Assembly: GCA_026991575.1 (NCBI GenBank)
Contig: JALXBF010000016.1
Coordinates: 62,001-84,815, forward strand
Length of the DNA stretch: 22,815 nt
Direction of reading: 5' to 3'
From: Planctomycetota bacterium
GTDB taxonomy: Bacteria; Planctomycetota; Planctomycetia; JALXBF01
The position numbers and the translations under genes were made by a program. The notes under the pieces were generated by a model. That model saw only the letters and a program-made list of their open reading frames with translations, was not told where the DNA came from and made no database searches. Shown here piece after piece: positions 8,574-18,646 of this stretch (the first letter of the stretch is position 1; each line of letters opens with the position of its first letter).

Positions 8574-9404
8574 CTAACGAGTGCGCTCGATGCCAGCTTC
8601 GCGCAGCAGTCGGTCCGTTGCTTCGTAGGCCTCGCGTACCCAGTCTTCGATCCGGTCCGGTTCGGGCGAGTATTCGAGCTCGATGCTGATGGCTCCGTCG
8701 ATGCCCAGCTGGGCGATTTCCTTCAGATAAGGCACGAACGGGACGACGCCGCGGCCGGGTGGTAGGTCCCCGTGGACTTTGCCGTCGCAATCGGAGATGT
8801 GCACGTGGCACGCTCGCCCCTTCAGCACGCGCAACGCCTCAGGAGGAGTGCCCGACAACACCATGTGCGAAATGTCGATGTTCGCCTGGACGGATGACGG
8901 CACATCGACCTCCCGCAGGAACCGATCCATAGCGTCGATCGTGTTCAGTAATGACAGCTTGAACGGTTCCAGTTCCAGGGCGATCTTCAGGCCCAGGTCA
9001 GCCGCGTACTGGCCCAGTTCTCGCACCGTCTCCACACCCCAACGCCACTGGTCTTCGGGAGCGATCACTTCCTGCTGCCAGATGTACTCTCCCAGGACCA
9101 GCAGCACGTTGTGTGCTTCATATTCGTAGGCCAGGTCCAGATAGGCTCGCACCCGCTGCACGTGGAAGCGGCGGACAGAAGGGTTGAAATCGATCAGGCC
9201 GACAGCCACGCAGGGTAAGCTGACGATGGGCAGCCCAAGCCGATCGCATTCGCGCTTGATCGCGCACTTCTCGCGGACGTCCAGGTCGAGCGGATCGGTG
9301 AAGATGTCGATCGAGTCGAAACCGAGTTCTTTGGTCTTGCGGATGCCGTACAGCGTGTCTCTACCGGTCTGCACCCAGGCAGAGCTGATCAAACCGAGAC
9401 GCAT
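8574..9404 (-). CDS. Sugar phosphate isomerase/epimerase (xylose-isomerase-like TIM barrel, D-tagatose 3-epimerase-like)
   Basis: IALELEP, NIDISH, HVHISD, HGDLPPGRG and ISIELEY metal-binding pattern. GGAAG/GAGG RBS. Confidence 0.88.
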   Translation of the reverse strand: MRLGLISSAWVQTGRDTLYGIRKTKELGFDSIDIFTDPLDLDVREKCAIKRECDRLGLPIVSLPCVAVGLIDFNPSVRRFHVQRVRAYLDLAYEYEAHNVLLVLGEYIWQQEVIAPEDQWRWGVETVRELGQYAADLGLKIALELEPFKLSLLNTIDAMDRFLREVDVPSSVQANIDISHMVLSGTPPEALRVLKGRACHVHISDCDGKVHGDLPPGRGVVPFVPYLKEIAQLGIDGAISIELEYSPEPDRIEDWVREAYEATDRLLREAGIERTR

Positions 9405-9436
9405 GGCGCTTCCTCTCCCGGGGTGAATCGGTCAGC

Positions 9437-10564
9437 TCAAGAGCCGCGACCGCGAGCGTCGCGGAGGAGGGCGAGCGGTTCGTACGGGCGATGCTCCTGG
9501 CCGCTGCGCAGGGCTGCTTCGCAGAGGGCGATCGTCTCGAGGTTATCCAGGCCACTTATTTCTGGATCCTCTCCAGTTTCCAGAGCACGCAGTAGTTGCG
9601 CCATCGTGCCGACGAACGCGTCCGGGAACCAGACCTTTTGCCAGGTTGGTTGGATGATCGCGCGGCCCATGCGGCGGCTGGCGAAGGTCAGCGTACTCGG
9701 CTGGCGGGCTGGATAAGCGGGCCAGCCGATGTCGCCGTACGCGTATCCGTCGGTTCCTTCGATCCGCCAGCGGACAAAGGCCTTGCCCGGAACACCTTCC
9801 TTCAGCGGGCCAGCCCAGACATCGTCCCACGCCGCGGCGCGCGTTCCGGTAGCGTACTCCAAAATGTAAAGGTTGATCCCGTCACGGTGAGCGAACCGGG
9901 TGCGCGGGTCGGAACGCGTACTGGCGAAGATCCGTTCCGGAGTGCCAAGCCAGAAGCGGAACGTGTCCAGGTGGTGGATGGACATGATGTAGGTCGTCAG
10001 GCTCCGTAGGCCCTCGGCCCAGGGCATCCAGTGGGGGATAGCTCGCATTTCGATCGTCGCCAGAACGGGCTCGCCCAGGTAGCCTTCGGTCAGCAGCCAG
10101 CGGGCCGCTCGCACCGACTGGTCATAGCGCATGTTCTGATTCACGGCCAGCACGATTCCTGCTTGCTGGCATGCCTCCACGATTTCGACAGCGGTCGGCA
10201 GGTCCATGGCCAACGGCTTCTGGGCAAGGATGCCCCGTACCACGGGCCCCAGTTCCACGATGCGGCGGATGATGCCCGGTTGCACATCGGGCGGGACGGC
10301 GATGTCGATGACTTCAACCGAAGGGTCGGCGGCCACGTCTTCAGGGCTGTCGTACACGGCAGGGATGTCAAAGGCGTGGGCCAGCTCTTCGGCTCGGACT
10401 CGGGTGCGCGACGTGATCGCGCGTACGTTGAACCCGGCCGCTCGGTAGGCGGGTAGATGGCAATCGCGCACGATGAAACCAGCCCCGATCAGGCCGATGC
10501 CCGGGGTGGGATCCGCCGGCAGTCGCGGCTCGTACGCTGAATCAGGTAGCTCAAGGCCACGCAT
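9437..10564 (-). CDS. Gfo/Idh/MocA family NAD(P)-dependent oxidoreductase
   Basis: IGLIGAGFIV Rossmann motif, LAQKPLA, VNQNMRY, IHHLD. ATG at 10564 follows AGGAGGA, so the ORF-track extension to 10723 is not used. Confidence 0.9.
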   Translation of the reverse strand: MRGLELPDSAYEPRLPADPTPGIGLIGAGFIVRDCHLPAYRAAGFNVRAITSRTRVRAEELAHAFDIPAVYDSPEDVAADPSVEVIDIAVPPDVQPGIIRRIVELGPVVRGILAQKPLAMDLPTAVEIVEACQQAGIVLAVNQNMRYDQSVRAARWLLTEGYLGEPVLATIEMRAIPHWMPWAEGLRSLTTYIMSIHHLDTFRFWLGTPERIFASTRSDPRTRFAHRDGINLYILEYATGTRAAAWDDVWAGPLKEGVPGKAFVRWRIEGTDGYAYGDIGWPAYPARQPSTLTFASRRMGRAIIQPTWQKVWFPDAFVGTMAQLLRALETGEDPEISGLDNLETIALCEAALRSGQEHRPYEPLALLRDARGRGS

Positions 10565-10817
10565 GGCAGTCCTCCTGACCCTCGAGCACATTGGCCACCA
10601 GTATACTGCAGCCCTCTCAGAGGCAGCTGCGTTGTGTTTCCAGGCGGGGGTGACCGTTGTTGTGAGCACAGAGGGCGTCTCTTTCTTCCAAGAAGATAGC
10701 GCGCGACGCAACGCGGCGTCCATCAGGACACGCCGCAGCGTGCTGGGACATGAACTCTTCTGGCCTGGTTAGCCGGTCAGCCGGAGCCTGTACTGACGAG
10801 CTTTTGGCACTTGGTGG

Positions 10818-12200
10818 CTAAGGCGGTGTCTTGGTTGTCATTTCTCCTTCACACGGCCGTACAACGCCTCGGCACTCGCCGCCGGCTGCGTGCTCCTGAG
10901 CCGTGCCTCCGCAGCGAGGCGTCATCGCCAGCAGCGTGGCGAAGGCCACATGAACCACCATGACCACCCCAAGCCACGCGAACATCCGTCGGGTACCGGC
11001 AAAATGGCCGTCATCCGCCCCCCAGAACACCTTCAACCGCCCTATCACACGCTCCACCGCCGTACGCCCCCGGTACAGCCGCTCGAACTTCTTCGTTGCG
11101 CGAGGCAATGCGGGAAAACGCCGCAAGTCCAGCTCACGCTTCACCCGCACGGTCAGGCCGTACTTCTTGCCCGCATTGCACCGCTGGGCCATCGGACAAC
11201 TCCACCCCTCGTGCATCGCCGGACAACGGTACTTCAGCGTGCCCCGCGACGGCTCGTAACCGATGTACGCCATCCGGTGCCGCACCACCGGCTCGCTTAC
11301 CGTGTCGTAGCAGTACACCGTCCCCGCTTCGTCGTACACAATGTTCTGCCGTCCCTGCAGACCAGGCAGCACTCGCTCTTGCTCCTCCCGCCACAGCGAG
11401 CGTTGCTGAACTACCGCCTTGATCCCGCGCCTCGATAAGAACCCGTGCACCTCGTTCGTGTCCGCCGCTTTGTCATACAGAAGACTCCGAATCCGCTTCC
11501 CCCCAAGATTCTCCTCTGCCTGCTCCACCAATTCCGGCAGCAACTCCGCGTCCGACCGCTTCGTGCTCGTGATCCGGTACGCCACCGATACCTCATGCTG
11601 CACATCAACCAGCAGGTGCAGCTTGAACCCAAACCACTGCATCACGCGGACCACTCGACCCGCCTCGTCCACATACTCCTTCCGACCACCAGCCGGCGCT
11701 GGCAAGCCCTGCGCCTCTTCCAATGCCGCCTGCCGGCGGCTCGCCCTTCGTCGTGCATGGATCCAGGTCGAGTCGCCAGCGACCTGCTCACCAAGATCAT
11801 CCACCGCCTCCGCCAGCCGCTGAACCATCTCATCAAACACCGCCACCAACTCACCAAGGTACGGCTCCTGGCCGAGGCGCTCTAGGAAGCGCGACAGGTT
11901 CCACTTCCGTGGCACTGCCTCCTCCGACTCAATGCCCACCACTTTCCGCAGTGACTCGTTCCGCCGCAACTCCTGCAGGCAGTGCTCAATGCTTTGGTAT
12001 CGCAATGCCGCAGTCAGAGCCAGAATCCGCCACGCCACCTGCACAGGCACATCATTTCGGCCGCGACCGCGCCCTTTCGTCAACGATGCCAGCAACCCCT
12101 CGTCGGGGATGACTTCCAGAAGCTTGCGGATCGTTCGGATCGTAGGGCCGTCCTCCAGCGTCTCCCAGGCAAACAGCCGACGCGTTGTGCTCGGGGCCAT
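10818..12200 (-). mobile_element. DDE transposase of an insertion sequence (IS1182/IS5-like architecture: DUF772-type N-terminus plus DDE domain)
   Basis: GRGRND, LSRFL, VAGDSTWI, WFGFKLHLLVD, LYDKAAD, LYRGRTAVERVIGRLK. ATG at 12200 follows AGGAG. Strongly G/purine-rich coding strand unlike the flanks. Element ends not defined. Confidence 0.88.
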
Positions 12201-12693
12201 CGCGACTCTCCTGATGGCAGTGGTTTTGTCAAGGCAAGGGGGGGCACCTCGGAGATACTCTGCGCAGTAACACATCCCTGCGTCGAGCTCTCCTTGGTCG
12301 GCAGTTTGTGCTTTTTCGTTCCGGATCCGCAGACACGGGCTCAGAACACCACTCAGCCAGCCCTTCCGCGGGGAAAGCCTTCTCGGCACCGGCGCACAGG
12401 GGTGTGCTGAGGCAACAGGTTGCGGGCATCGCTACCGCCCTCGCGCGAGGTGCTGAGCAACGATGCCGGTGAACCGGCTATGATAGAGCGTGTCGTCCCG
12501 TTACCGGCGGATGCCCGAGGCGCTGGCTGCGGCACGCGGCCTGTGGCAGCAGCGGACCTGGCCCACCTTCGGTAGGCGAGTGATTCGTCAAGTGGCTTTC
12601 GGGGCTCGATAGCGATGCTCGGTACCCGATGGCACGTCGAAGTGTCGGAACTCTGCGCACAACCTAGGACCCGGTGATCGCGAGACTGAGCAT

Positions 12694-14103
12694 ATGCAGC
12701 AGCTTTGCCGACTACTCGTAGGCCTGTTCTTCGTTCTAGCCATCGGCCCGTTAGCTTGGGCGCAGGAAAGCAGGCGGGCCGTCCTGTTCATCAACGTGCA
12801 GATATTCGACGGGAAATCGGAAGAGCTGATCACCGGACACGACGTGCTGGTGGAAGGAAACCGGATCCGGAAGGTAGCGCCGCGGATAAGAGTGAACCGG
12901 CCGGTGACAGTCGTGGACGGCCAGGGCAAGGTCCTGATGCCCGGTCTGATTGATGCGCATACGCACCTAATGGCTGTGAAGTCGTTTGATGAGGCTATAT
13001 ACAGGTATGAGCCGACCTATATAGCTGCAGTGGCGACCGAAACAGCGCGACGCACGCTGATGCGTGGCTTCACGACGGTGCGGGATGCCGGTGGCCCGGT
13101 CATGGGGTTAAAGCGTGCCATTGACGAGGGCGTTGTTCCGGGCCCTCGCATCTTCCCCTGCAATGCGTTCATCTCTCAGACCGGGGGCCATGGCGATTTC
13201 AATCCGTCGATGACGTACCTCTCACGCCACTTCGCGGGCCGGTTGGACAAGGCGTATCTTTTTGGATGGACAATTACGGCGGACGGCGTGGGAGAGGTGC
13301 GCAAAGCGGCTCGGGAAGTTCTCCGCTCGGGTGCTAGTCAGCTCAAGGTGATGGGCAGTGGCAGTGTCACCGGAGCGCACGATCCCCTGGACGTAGTCGA
13401 GTACTCGCCCGAGGAGCTACGCGCGATCGTTCAGGAGGCTGCCAACTGGGGCACCTACGTCATGGTGCACGCATACAGTGACGCAGCCGTGCGTGCAGCG
13501 ATTGAAGCGGGAGTGCGATCGATCGAGCACGGCCTGATGGCCTCACCAGAGACCTTCAAGCTCATGAAGGAGAAGGGCGTATGGCTATCGACACAGTGCC
13601 TCAACTACACCAGGGACGTCGACGAGTTCGGCGTCAAGATGCCGCCGAACGTGGTGGCTAAGTTCCGTGAGGCGAAGCGAAGTGCTGACCGAGCGTACCG
13701 GCTTGCCAAGCGGATCGGTGTGAAAGTCGCCTGGGGCACAGACCTGTTGGGCTCGCTGGACGTCCACAACGCCCAGTCGCTGGAATTCATCGCACGCCGG
13801 GAGTACTTCTCGGATATCGAGATCCTGCGTCAGGTTACGTCGCTCAACGGACAACTGCTGGCTCTCTGCGGTCGACGTTCCCCTTATCCGGAAGGACAGC
13901 TCGGCGTCATTGCCGAGGGAGCCTATGCCGATGTGCTCATCGTTGACGGAAATCCGCTGGAAGATGTAACCATACTGGCCAATCCGAGTCGAAACATCCG
14001 GCTCATCATGAAGGACGGCCTCATCTACAAGAACACGCTCCCTCGCCGGGGGGCGCCGCAGCGGAGGGTGCGATCGCCCGCATCGAATGTCCCGCCGAGG
14101 TAG
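12694..14103 (+). CDS. Secreted metal-dependent amidohydrolase (Xaa-Pro dipeptidase/imidazolonepropionase-like)
   Basis: Signal peptide (AWA-Q), MPGLIDAHTH, GFTTVRDAGG, ISQTGGHGD, VMVHAY, SIEHG, AWGTD, ADVLIVDGNPLED. Confidence 0.92.
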   Translation: MQQLCRLLVGLFFVLAIGPLAWAQESRRAVLFINVQIFDGKSEELITGHDVLVEGNRIRKVAPRIRVNRPVTVVDGQGKVLMPGLIDAHTHLMAVKSFDEAIYRYEPTYIAAVATETARRTLMRGFTTVRDAGGPVMGLKRAIDEGVVPGPRIFPCNAFISQTGGHGDFNPSMTYLSRHFAGRLDKAYLFGWTITADGVGEVRKAAREVLRSGASQLKVMGSGSVTGAHDPLDVVEYSPEELRAIVQEAANWGTYVMVHAYSDAAVRAAIEAGVRSIEHGLMASPETFKLMKEKGVWLSTQCLNYTRDVDEFGVKMPPNVVAKFREAKRSADRAYRLAKRIGVKVAWGTDLLGSLDVHNAQSLEFIARREYFSDIEILRQVTSLNGQLLALCGRRSPYPEGQLGVIAEGAYADVLIVDGNPLEDVTILANPSRNIRLIMKDGLIYKNTLPRRGAPQRRVRSPASNVPPR

Positions 14104-14232
14104 AAACCAGCCAGCCCGGGGCAGGATGGGCAAACCGCGGTCGCGGACCGGTCAACGCGTTGATGACCGACGTTGTTGGCAGGCGGCCTAGCGAGCAGGC
14201 GATGGCTGGCGCCAACGTGACGGGCAGGAAGA

Positions 14233-15003
14233 TTACATCTCCCGCTCTGGGCCAGCCGGGCCGTCGGGGTCCTCGTAGAACGCAATCCGGCGGTTGAACG
14301 CATCGTAGACGTACGTCTCACTCCACAGCATATTGCCCTGGCCATCCTTGTGCACCACCGCCGTCAGCCGGTTGCGGTAGTCCCACGTGTACTCCGTTAC
14401 CTCGCCGGTCACCGTGTTCGTCTTGCGAATGAGGTTGCCTTCGTTGTCGTACTCGTAGTCGTTGGTTCCATCCGACAGCAACCGGTTGTCCGCACCGGTC
14501 ACATAGCCCGTCCCGTGCAGGTGCGACTCCGTTCGATTGCCATTGGGCGTGTAGCGGTAGTACTCGATCAGGTTCCCCTGACCATCCCACACGTCCGTCA
14601 ACTGACTCTGCGGGTCGTACGCATACGTGCGCGTCCCTTCCGGGCCGCTGTACGCCACAATCTGACCGGCCGCATCCCAGGTGTAGGCGAAATCCGCCAG
14701 CGGCGTCGCATTGCCCTGCGAATCCACGTAGTCGTGGTCAATCAGCGTCACCCGCGAGGCGGCGTCATAGCTGTAGCTGGTGACAAAGCCCACTGGCGTG
14801 GTCACGGTTACCAGCGTTCCGAGGGCATCGTAGCCGTAGGTGGTCTGGCGGCCGAGCGGATCGATGGTTGCAATGACTTCGTCGGCTGCGTTGTAGAGCG
14901 TCTGCCAGACGGGGTTGTTTGTTGGGTCGGTGTCCTCATCGGGATCGATCGCCTTCACCTGCCGGTGCAGCACGTCGTACTCATAGCGCACCGTGTCGCC
15001 GGA
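14233..15003 (-). pseudogene. Truncated internal fragment of an Rhs/YD-repeat gene
   Basis: YD repeats (YEYDVL, DPLGRQTTYGYD, YEYDNEGN, YTWDYRNRL, YVYDAFNRR). No N-terminus, and it stops before the Rhs-associated core. 14244-14383 is 133/140 identical to 22676-22815. Confidence 0.88.
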
Positions 15004-15013
15004 GGTAGCCGGG

Positions 15014-15170
15014 CGCTTGCGAGGGGGTGGAAGAGCAGGAACACCGCCCAGGGGATGGCCGAGTCGACCCGGGAGCGTGCTTCAAGGGGCGGCAGGGGGG
15101 CTTTATGCCCGCTGCCGCTGTGTTGATGGGTAGCGCGGGCGGTACCAGGTTTTGTTTTCTTGTGTTTCCC
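15014..15170 (+). repeat. Dispersed structured repeat, copy 2 (5' two-thirds)
   Basis: Homologous to 3151-3305: GCTTGCGAGG, GAAGAGCA, a G-rich hairpin at 15089-15118, GTTGATGGGTAGCG and TCTTGTGTTT. Confidence 0.85.
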
Positions 15171-15175
15171 AGTTG

Positions 15176-15215
15176 AAAAAGCCCGGACGCCGCGGACGTT
15201 GTCCGCCGCGTCGGC
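15176..15215 (-). terminator. Probable intrinsic terminator on the minus strand
   Basis: GACGC-C-GCGGAC-GTT-GTCCGC-C-GCGTC hairpin (15186-15212), with AAAAA at 15176-15180 giving a U5 tract on the minus strand. Confidence 0.55.
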
Positions 15216-15240
15216 GAGGTGGCATCGCGCTCCCTCCCCG

Positions 15241-15400
15241 ACGACAGCACAGTCTCTCTGTGCACGGCGCCCGCCCAAGGGAATCCCGCCACCCGAGCCG
15301 CGGGCGGGATCGACCCGCCCGCGGGCTGGCGGGAAGGTCTTTTCGAGGTGCGGCGGCACTATACATCAATGTTGTGGGAGGGGGGAGTAAAGGCCCCCCC
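15241..15400 (-). repeat. Dispersed structured repeat, copy 3 (3' two-thirds, inverted)
   Basis: Reverse complement aligns to 3231-3392: G6/C7 hairpin at 15380-15400, ATTGATGTATAGTG core, and a perfect 11-bp hairpin CCGCGGGCGGG-ATCGA-CCCGCCCGCGG (15298-15324). Confidence 0.85.
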
Positions 15401-15475
15401 GGTGCGCGTCCGAGCGTGGCCGTTCAGCAAGAAAGGAAGAGTCGCTGGACGATGGCGTTTCTTGGTGAATAACCT

Positions 15476-15935
15476 GTAGTTAGTGTTTGTGCCGCATCAC
15501 GGGAAGTGCCTTGGGGAGATCACGCGTGGCACCGTGTGGGGCCCGATCCTGAAGCACGGACGGTGGTGGATCAGACAACTGCTTCAGCAGGGGGCAGGCC
15601 TGAAGTGTCCGAAGACCGCGGCGACGTGCTGCTTCCTTCTGCGGCACGAGCCGTCGTTGTGGGGGTTCGTGTACCACGATGGCGTTGAGCCGACCAACAA
15701 TGCAGCCGAGCCGGCACTGCGGTCACCGGTGATCTGGCGGAAGATCAGCTTCGGCAATGACACCGAATCTGGTGCTCGCTGCACAGAACCGCTGCTGAGC
15801 ATCGCCGAGACGTGCCGACAAATTGGCCGCTGCATCCAAACCTTCCTCACGGAAGCACTGCTTACCTATCGGCACGGAAGGCAGTCTCCACGCCTTCTTC
15901 CCGAACCTGCCACCTGACCCCACTGACTACTTGTA
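15476..15935 (+). mobile_element. IS66-family remnant: C-terminal fragment of the transposase (ORF 15483-15917)
   Basis: SLWGFV..DGVEPTNNAAEPALRSPVIWRKISFG...LLSIAETCRQ is the characteristic IS66 transposase C-terminus (PTNN.AER). Imperfect inverted repeat GTAGTTAGTG (15476-15485) / CACTGACTAC (15921-15930). Confidence 0.82.
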
Positions 15936-16089
15936 TGTCTGTCCACACTCACCAAGCATTACCCACGTCGCTCAACCTCACCTGGATCCTCGTGCCGCGC
16001 CGGCTCTGTGCGCCGCGTGGGCCGTTGCGGTGCCAGGCCACCTAGGGGCGAGCGTATTCTTCGGGTTCACGCAACCTGCCACTGCTCTA

Positions 16090-16719
16090 TTAAGCTCGGT
16101 CTAAGTGTGGGTACGCCGACCGTAGAATGTCCCACCAATACACGAATACTAAGAACTGCGATAGATCGGGGAAGCGAAGATCGCCGTATACAAGCGATCG
16201 CACGAACACCTCGCCCGTGGTGGTGTTCCATAGGACACATCCGCTGTCGGCTACATATTGTCCGATCTGCACCGTCGTATCCCGTACTGGCTCAGACAGA
16301 GACAGCCGCCATGCGACGTGCCCTCGAACGTCGAACCACAAAAGGCCCCTGAACAGGAGTGCTTTCACGTTGTCACCCCGCCAGGACCTCAGCAGAGTGT
16401 CCACCTCGTCCGGACACGAGACGCCGGCGATTAGCCAGCACATGCGTGGCCGTGCCCGACGAGCGTACGATGCGCCGTGCTGAAGAAGGGCAGCGGCCCA
16501 ACGGCGTGCCAGGGACGTTGGGAGATCGGCGCTTAGTGTTGCCGCTCCTCGCGCCAACGTCAGACGCGCAGGCTCCACCTCGAGTGTCTCCGTTCTAAGG
16601 AGCAACATGGTGAAGCCGGGGCCGAGGCGCCGGCGTAGAATGATTGTTTCGCCCAGCATGACCAGAAGCGCGCTACCGAATGGGAAAAGGAGAAGAGCAA
16701 GTGGGAGCAACCATTCCAT
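16090..16719 (-). CDS. Membrane-anchored hypothetical protein, candidate SUKH-like immunity protein (paralog type B)
   Basis: ATG at 16719 follows GGAGCGAGG. N-terminal TM helix, DLPTSLARRWAAALL, and C-terminal IGQYV...VLWNTTTGEVFV...FPDLSQFLVFVY. Confidence 0.7.
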   Translation of the reverse strand: MEWLLPLALLLFPFGSALLVMLGETIILRRRLGPGFTMLLLRTETLEVEPARLTLARGAATLSADLPTSLARRWAAALLQHGASYARRARPRMCWLIAGVSCPDEVDTLLRSWRGDNVKALLFRGLLWFDVRGHVAWRLSLSEPVRDTTVQIGQYVADSGCVLWNTTTGEVFVRSLVYGDLRFPDLSQFLVFVYWWDILRSAYPHLDRA

Positions 16720-16756
16720 TGCCTCGCTCCGACAGTTTTTTGTTGCCGCGTAGTCT

Positions 16757-17611
16757 TCAGTCACCGTGAGTTGACGGTCGTCGGCAATGCCACCAGGTGA
16801 GGTACCAATACAGCAGAGCGTGGGAGGGCGAGCGGAGCGCGAAGCACCGAGCCGAGCGCGCGTGAGTGATAAAGACGCGACCTGTTGATTCTTCCCAGAG
16901 CACATGGCCTGGGAATTCTGTTCCGATGCCGTCGCCTAAGCAGAATACTGGTCCCCGTACAATGGATGATAAGGGCCTAACTTGGTTGTCAACTTCGTAG
17001 GTGACGCGGGTCAAACGGTCTAGGGGCAGTCGGACTGGGACGTGCAGGCGCACGGTTCCGCCTGCGTGCCCGGTGAGCAGCACCCCGTGCGGACTAACGA
17101 GGTCTTCTAGTGGCTTGATCGGCCAGGACGGCCCTGTCGCCGTGTCCTTCGCGCTAGCGAGCGAGCAAATGGGGAGGGTGTCACGGTCGCGTAACGGCCG
17201 CAGCCAGGGTCGGTCGCGGGGGGGCGTCTCAGCATGGTAGTCTGCCTCGAGTAGGGCGTTGACCCAGGCCACTGCGAGTGAATGGGGCAGCAGGTGGCAG
17301 AGTGGCTCTGTCCATCCGGGATGGCTAGGAAGGATTGACAGCACTTCGGTCGGTAGCAAATCGAGCATCAGGGCGGCCTGGAGGCAGCAACCGAGAATCC
17401 AACCGACAGCCACAAGGCCCCAGAGGACCGGGGCGGAGATGGTGTCGTCGAACACGGCGCCCACCAGGGTGGCCAGCAATGCCCCCACGACACCGCCGAA
17501 CATACGTCCGCCTATCACCCCGACGCAACCGGCTAGCCGGACGTAATTCCGCCACTCTCGGAATAGCCCGACGCGCCTCGGCAGAACGACGCATGGCTGG
17601 TGTGTTTCCAT
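16757..17611 (-). CDS. Membrane-anchored hypothetical protein, candidate SUKH-like immunity protein (paralog type A)
   Basis: Strong SD GGAGGTGATC before the ATG at 17611. Two TM helices, LLPHSLAVAWVNALL, and GPVFCLG...VLWEESTGRVF...RSPSHALLYWY. Confidence 0.72.
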   Translation of the reverse strand: METHQPCVVLPRRVGLFREWRNYVRLAGCVGVIGGRMFGGVVGALLATLVGAVFDDTISAPVLWGLVAVGWILGCCLQAALMLDLLPTEVLSILPSHPGWTEPLCHLLPHSLAVAWVNALLEADYHAETPPRDRPWLRPLRDRDTLPICSLASAKDTATGPSWPIKPLEDLVSPHGVLLTGHAGGTVRLHVPVRLPLDRLTRVTYEVDNQVRPLSSIVRGPVFCLGDGIGTEFPGHVLWEESTGRVFITHARSARCFALRSPSHALLYWYLTWWHCRRPSTHGD

Positions 17612-17669
17612 AATGATCACCTCCAGGCTTGGGTTGGGCGGTTGGTGGAAGGTCCGTTGGGGGCCTCCA

Positions 17670-18335
17670 TTAACGCGGTTTGGAAGCGTTCTCGCCCCTC
17701 ATGCAAACACGGTCCGAAGCGGCTTGAGGTTGATCGCCGACCCTATCGCTTCCGCGTAGGCAATGCGTGCACAGGTTCCACACGTACGCGAACAGGAGAA
17801 AATGAGCAAGGCTGAGGAAACGAGCCTCAGCGGGCAACTCCGGGCTGGCTGAGCGGAGAAGTAGTTCACCGTTCGGTAGCTCACTGATGTAAGCGTCTCC
17901 TAGGAGGTAACGGCCTACGACTGCGGGGTACCCATCGCGAGTATGTTGCGAGGGGTCTATTACCCATTGCCGAGTGCCGTCGATACCGAAGAAGGTTAGG
18001 GTTCCTCTACAGATCGCAAGCGAGTTGCATGGGGCGCGTGTTTTTTGCTCTTGCTCGCACGGAGCTGCTGACTCGACCCATGTCCATCTGGGTTTGGGCA
18101 GCGCAGCCTTCGCTTTGCCGTGTGCGATGAGGCAGCGTGCCCAGGCCGAGGCTATGGGGGCGGGAAGGTCGCACACGCGCCGGAGCACGACCAAGGCTAC
18201 GTGGTCAGCGCGCTCGGGCTTCGCCTGGGGTGCGCTGGTGTGTCGGCTACGTAGCCAATGGTACACGCGGTAGTCGACAATGACCGCCCACAACAGGGCG
18301 ACGATCAGGAAGATGCCTAGTGCGGCCAATGTCAT
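17670..18335 (-). CDS. Membrane-anchored hypothetical protein, candidate SUKH-like immunity protein (paralog type B)
   Basis: Start MTLAALGIFLIVALLWAVIV (TM), DLPAPIASAWARCLI, and VVGRY...NGELLLRS...FLSLAHFLLFAY. Confidence 0.7.
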   Translation of the reverse strand: MTLAALGIFLIVALLWAVIVDYRVYHWLRSRHTSAPQAKPERADHVALVVLRRVCDLPAPIASAWARCLIAHGKAKAALPKPRWTWVESAAPCEQEQKTRAPCNSLAICRGTLTFFGIDGTRQWVIDPSQHTRDGYPAVVGRYLLGDAYISELPNGELLLRSASPELPAEARFLSLAHFLLFAYVWNLCTHCLRGSDRVGDQPQAASDRVCMRGENASKPR

Positions 18336-18646
18336 AGCCAAACACTCTCGGTTCGCGGTGTTCTCATGCGACGCAAGGGACAACGCTTCGGCAGAGCCAG
18401 CTCCGTTGGACTTCGGCCCTTCGGTAGGGCAGCACTGCGCCGGTGCCCGTACCATAGCAGATCACGCGCGGCACCTATAGCCGCTGGCAATCCAAGCTGG
18501 GCCTTGACTGGGCGACGGACCAGCGGTTGCTGGTCCGGGCAACCGGCATCCTCGCTCAAGCGGCTCATTGGCCGCGACCACACTGTTTAGCCAGGTGTGT
18601 TCCTTCGCTGGTACAGCCGTCGTCCCGACGCGAGGACTCGGAAGCG

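Noticed and set aside
10798..12653. Terminal inverted repeats of the DDE IS (GAGCTTTTGGCACTT vs AAGTGTCGGAACTC)
   Set aside because: Three mismatches plus a gap and no target-site duplication; too weak to define the ends.
12201..12693. N-terminal extension of the transposase to 12389 and a short GTGCTGAG(G)CAAC direct repeat (~12404, ~12450)
   Set aside because: A good RBS supports the start at 12200, and the two-copy short repeat has no further supporting structure.
18332..18583. Small ORF with LGLPAAIGAARDLLWY, faintly like the Rhs tip tail (possible orphan toxin relic)
   Set aside because: Only a few matching residues, no HNH or Rhs core motif; compatible with chance.
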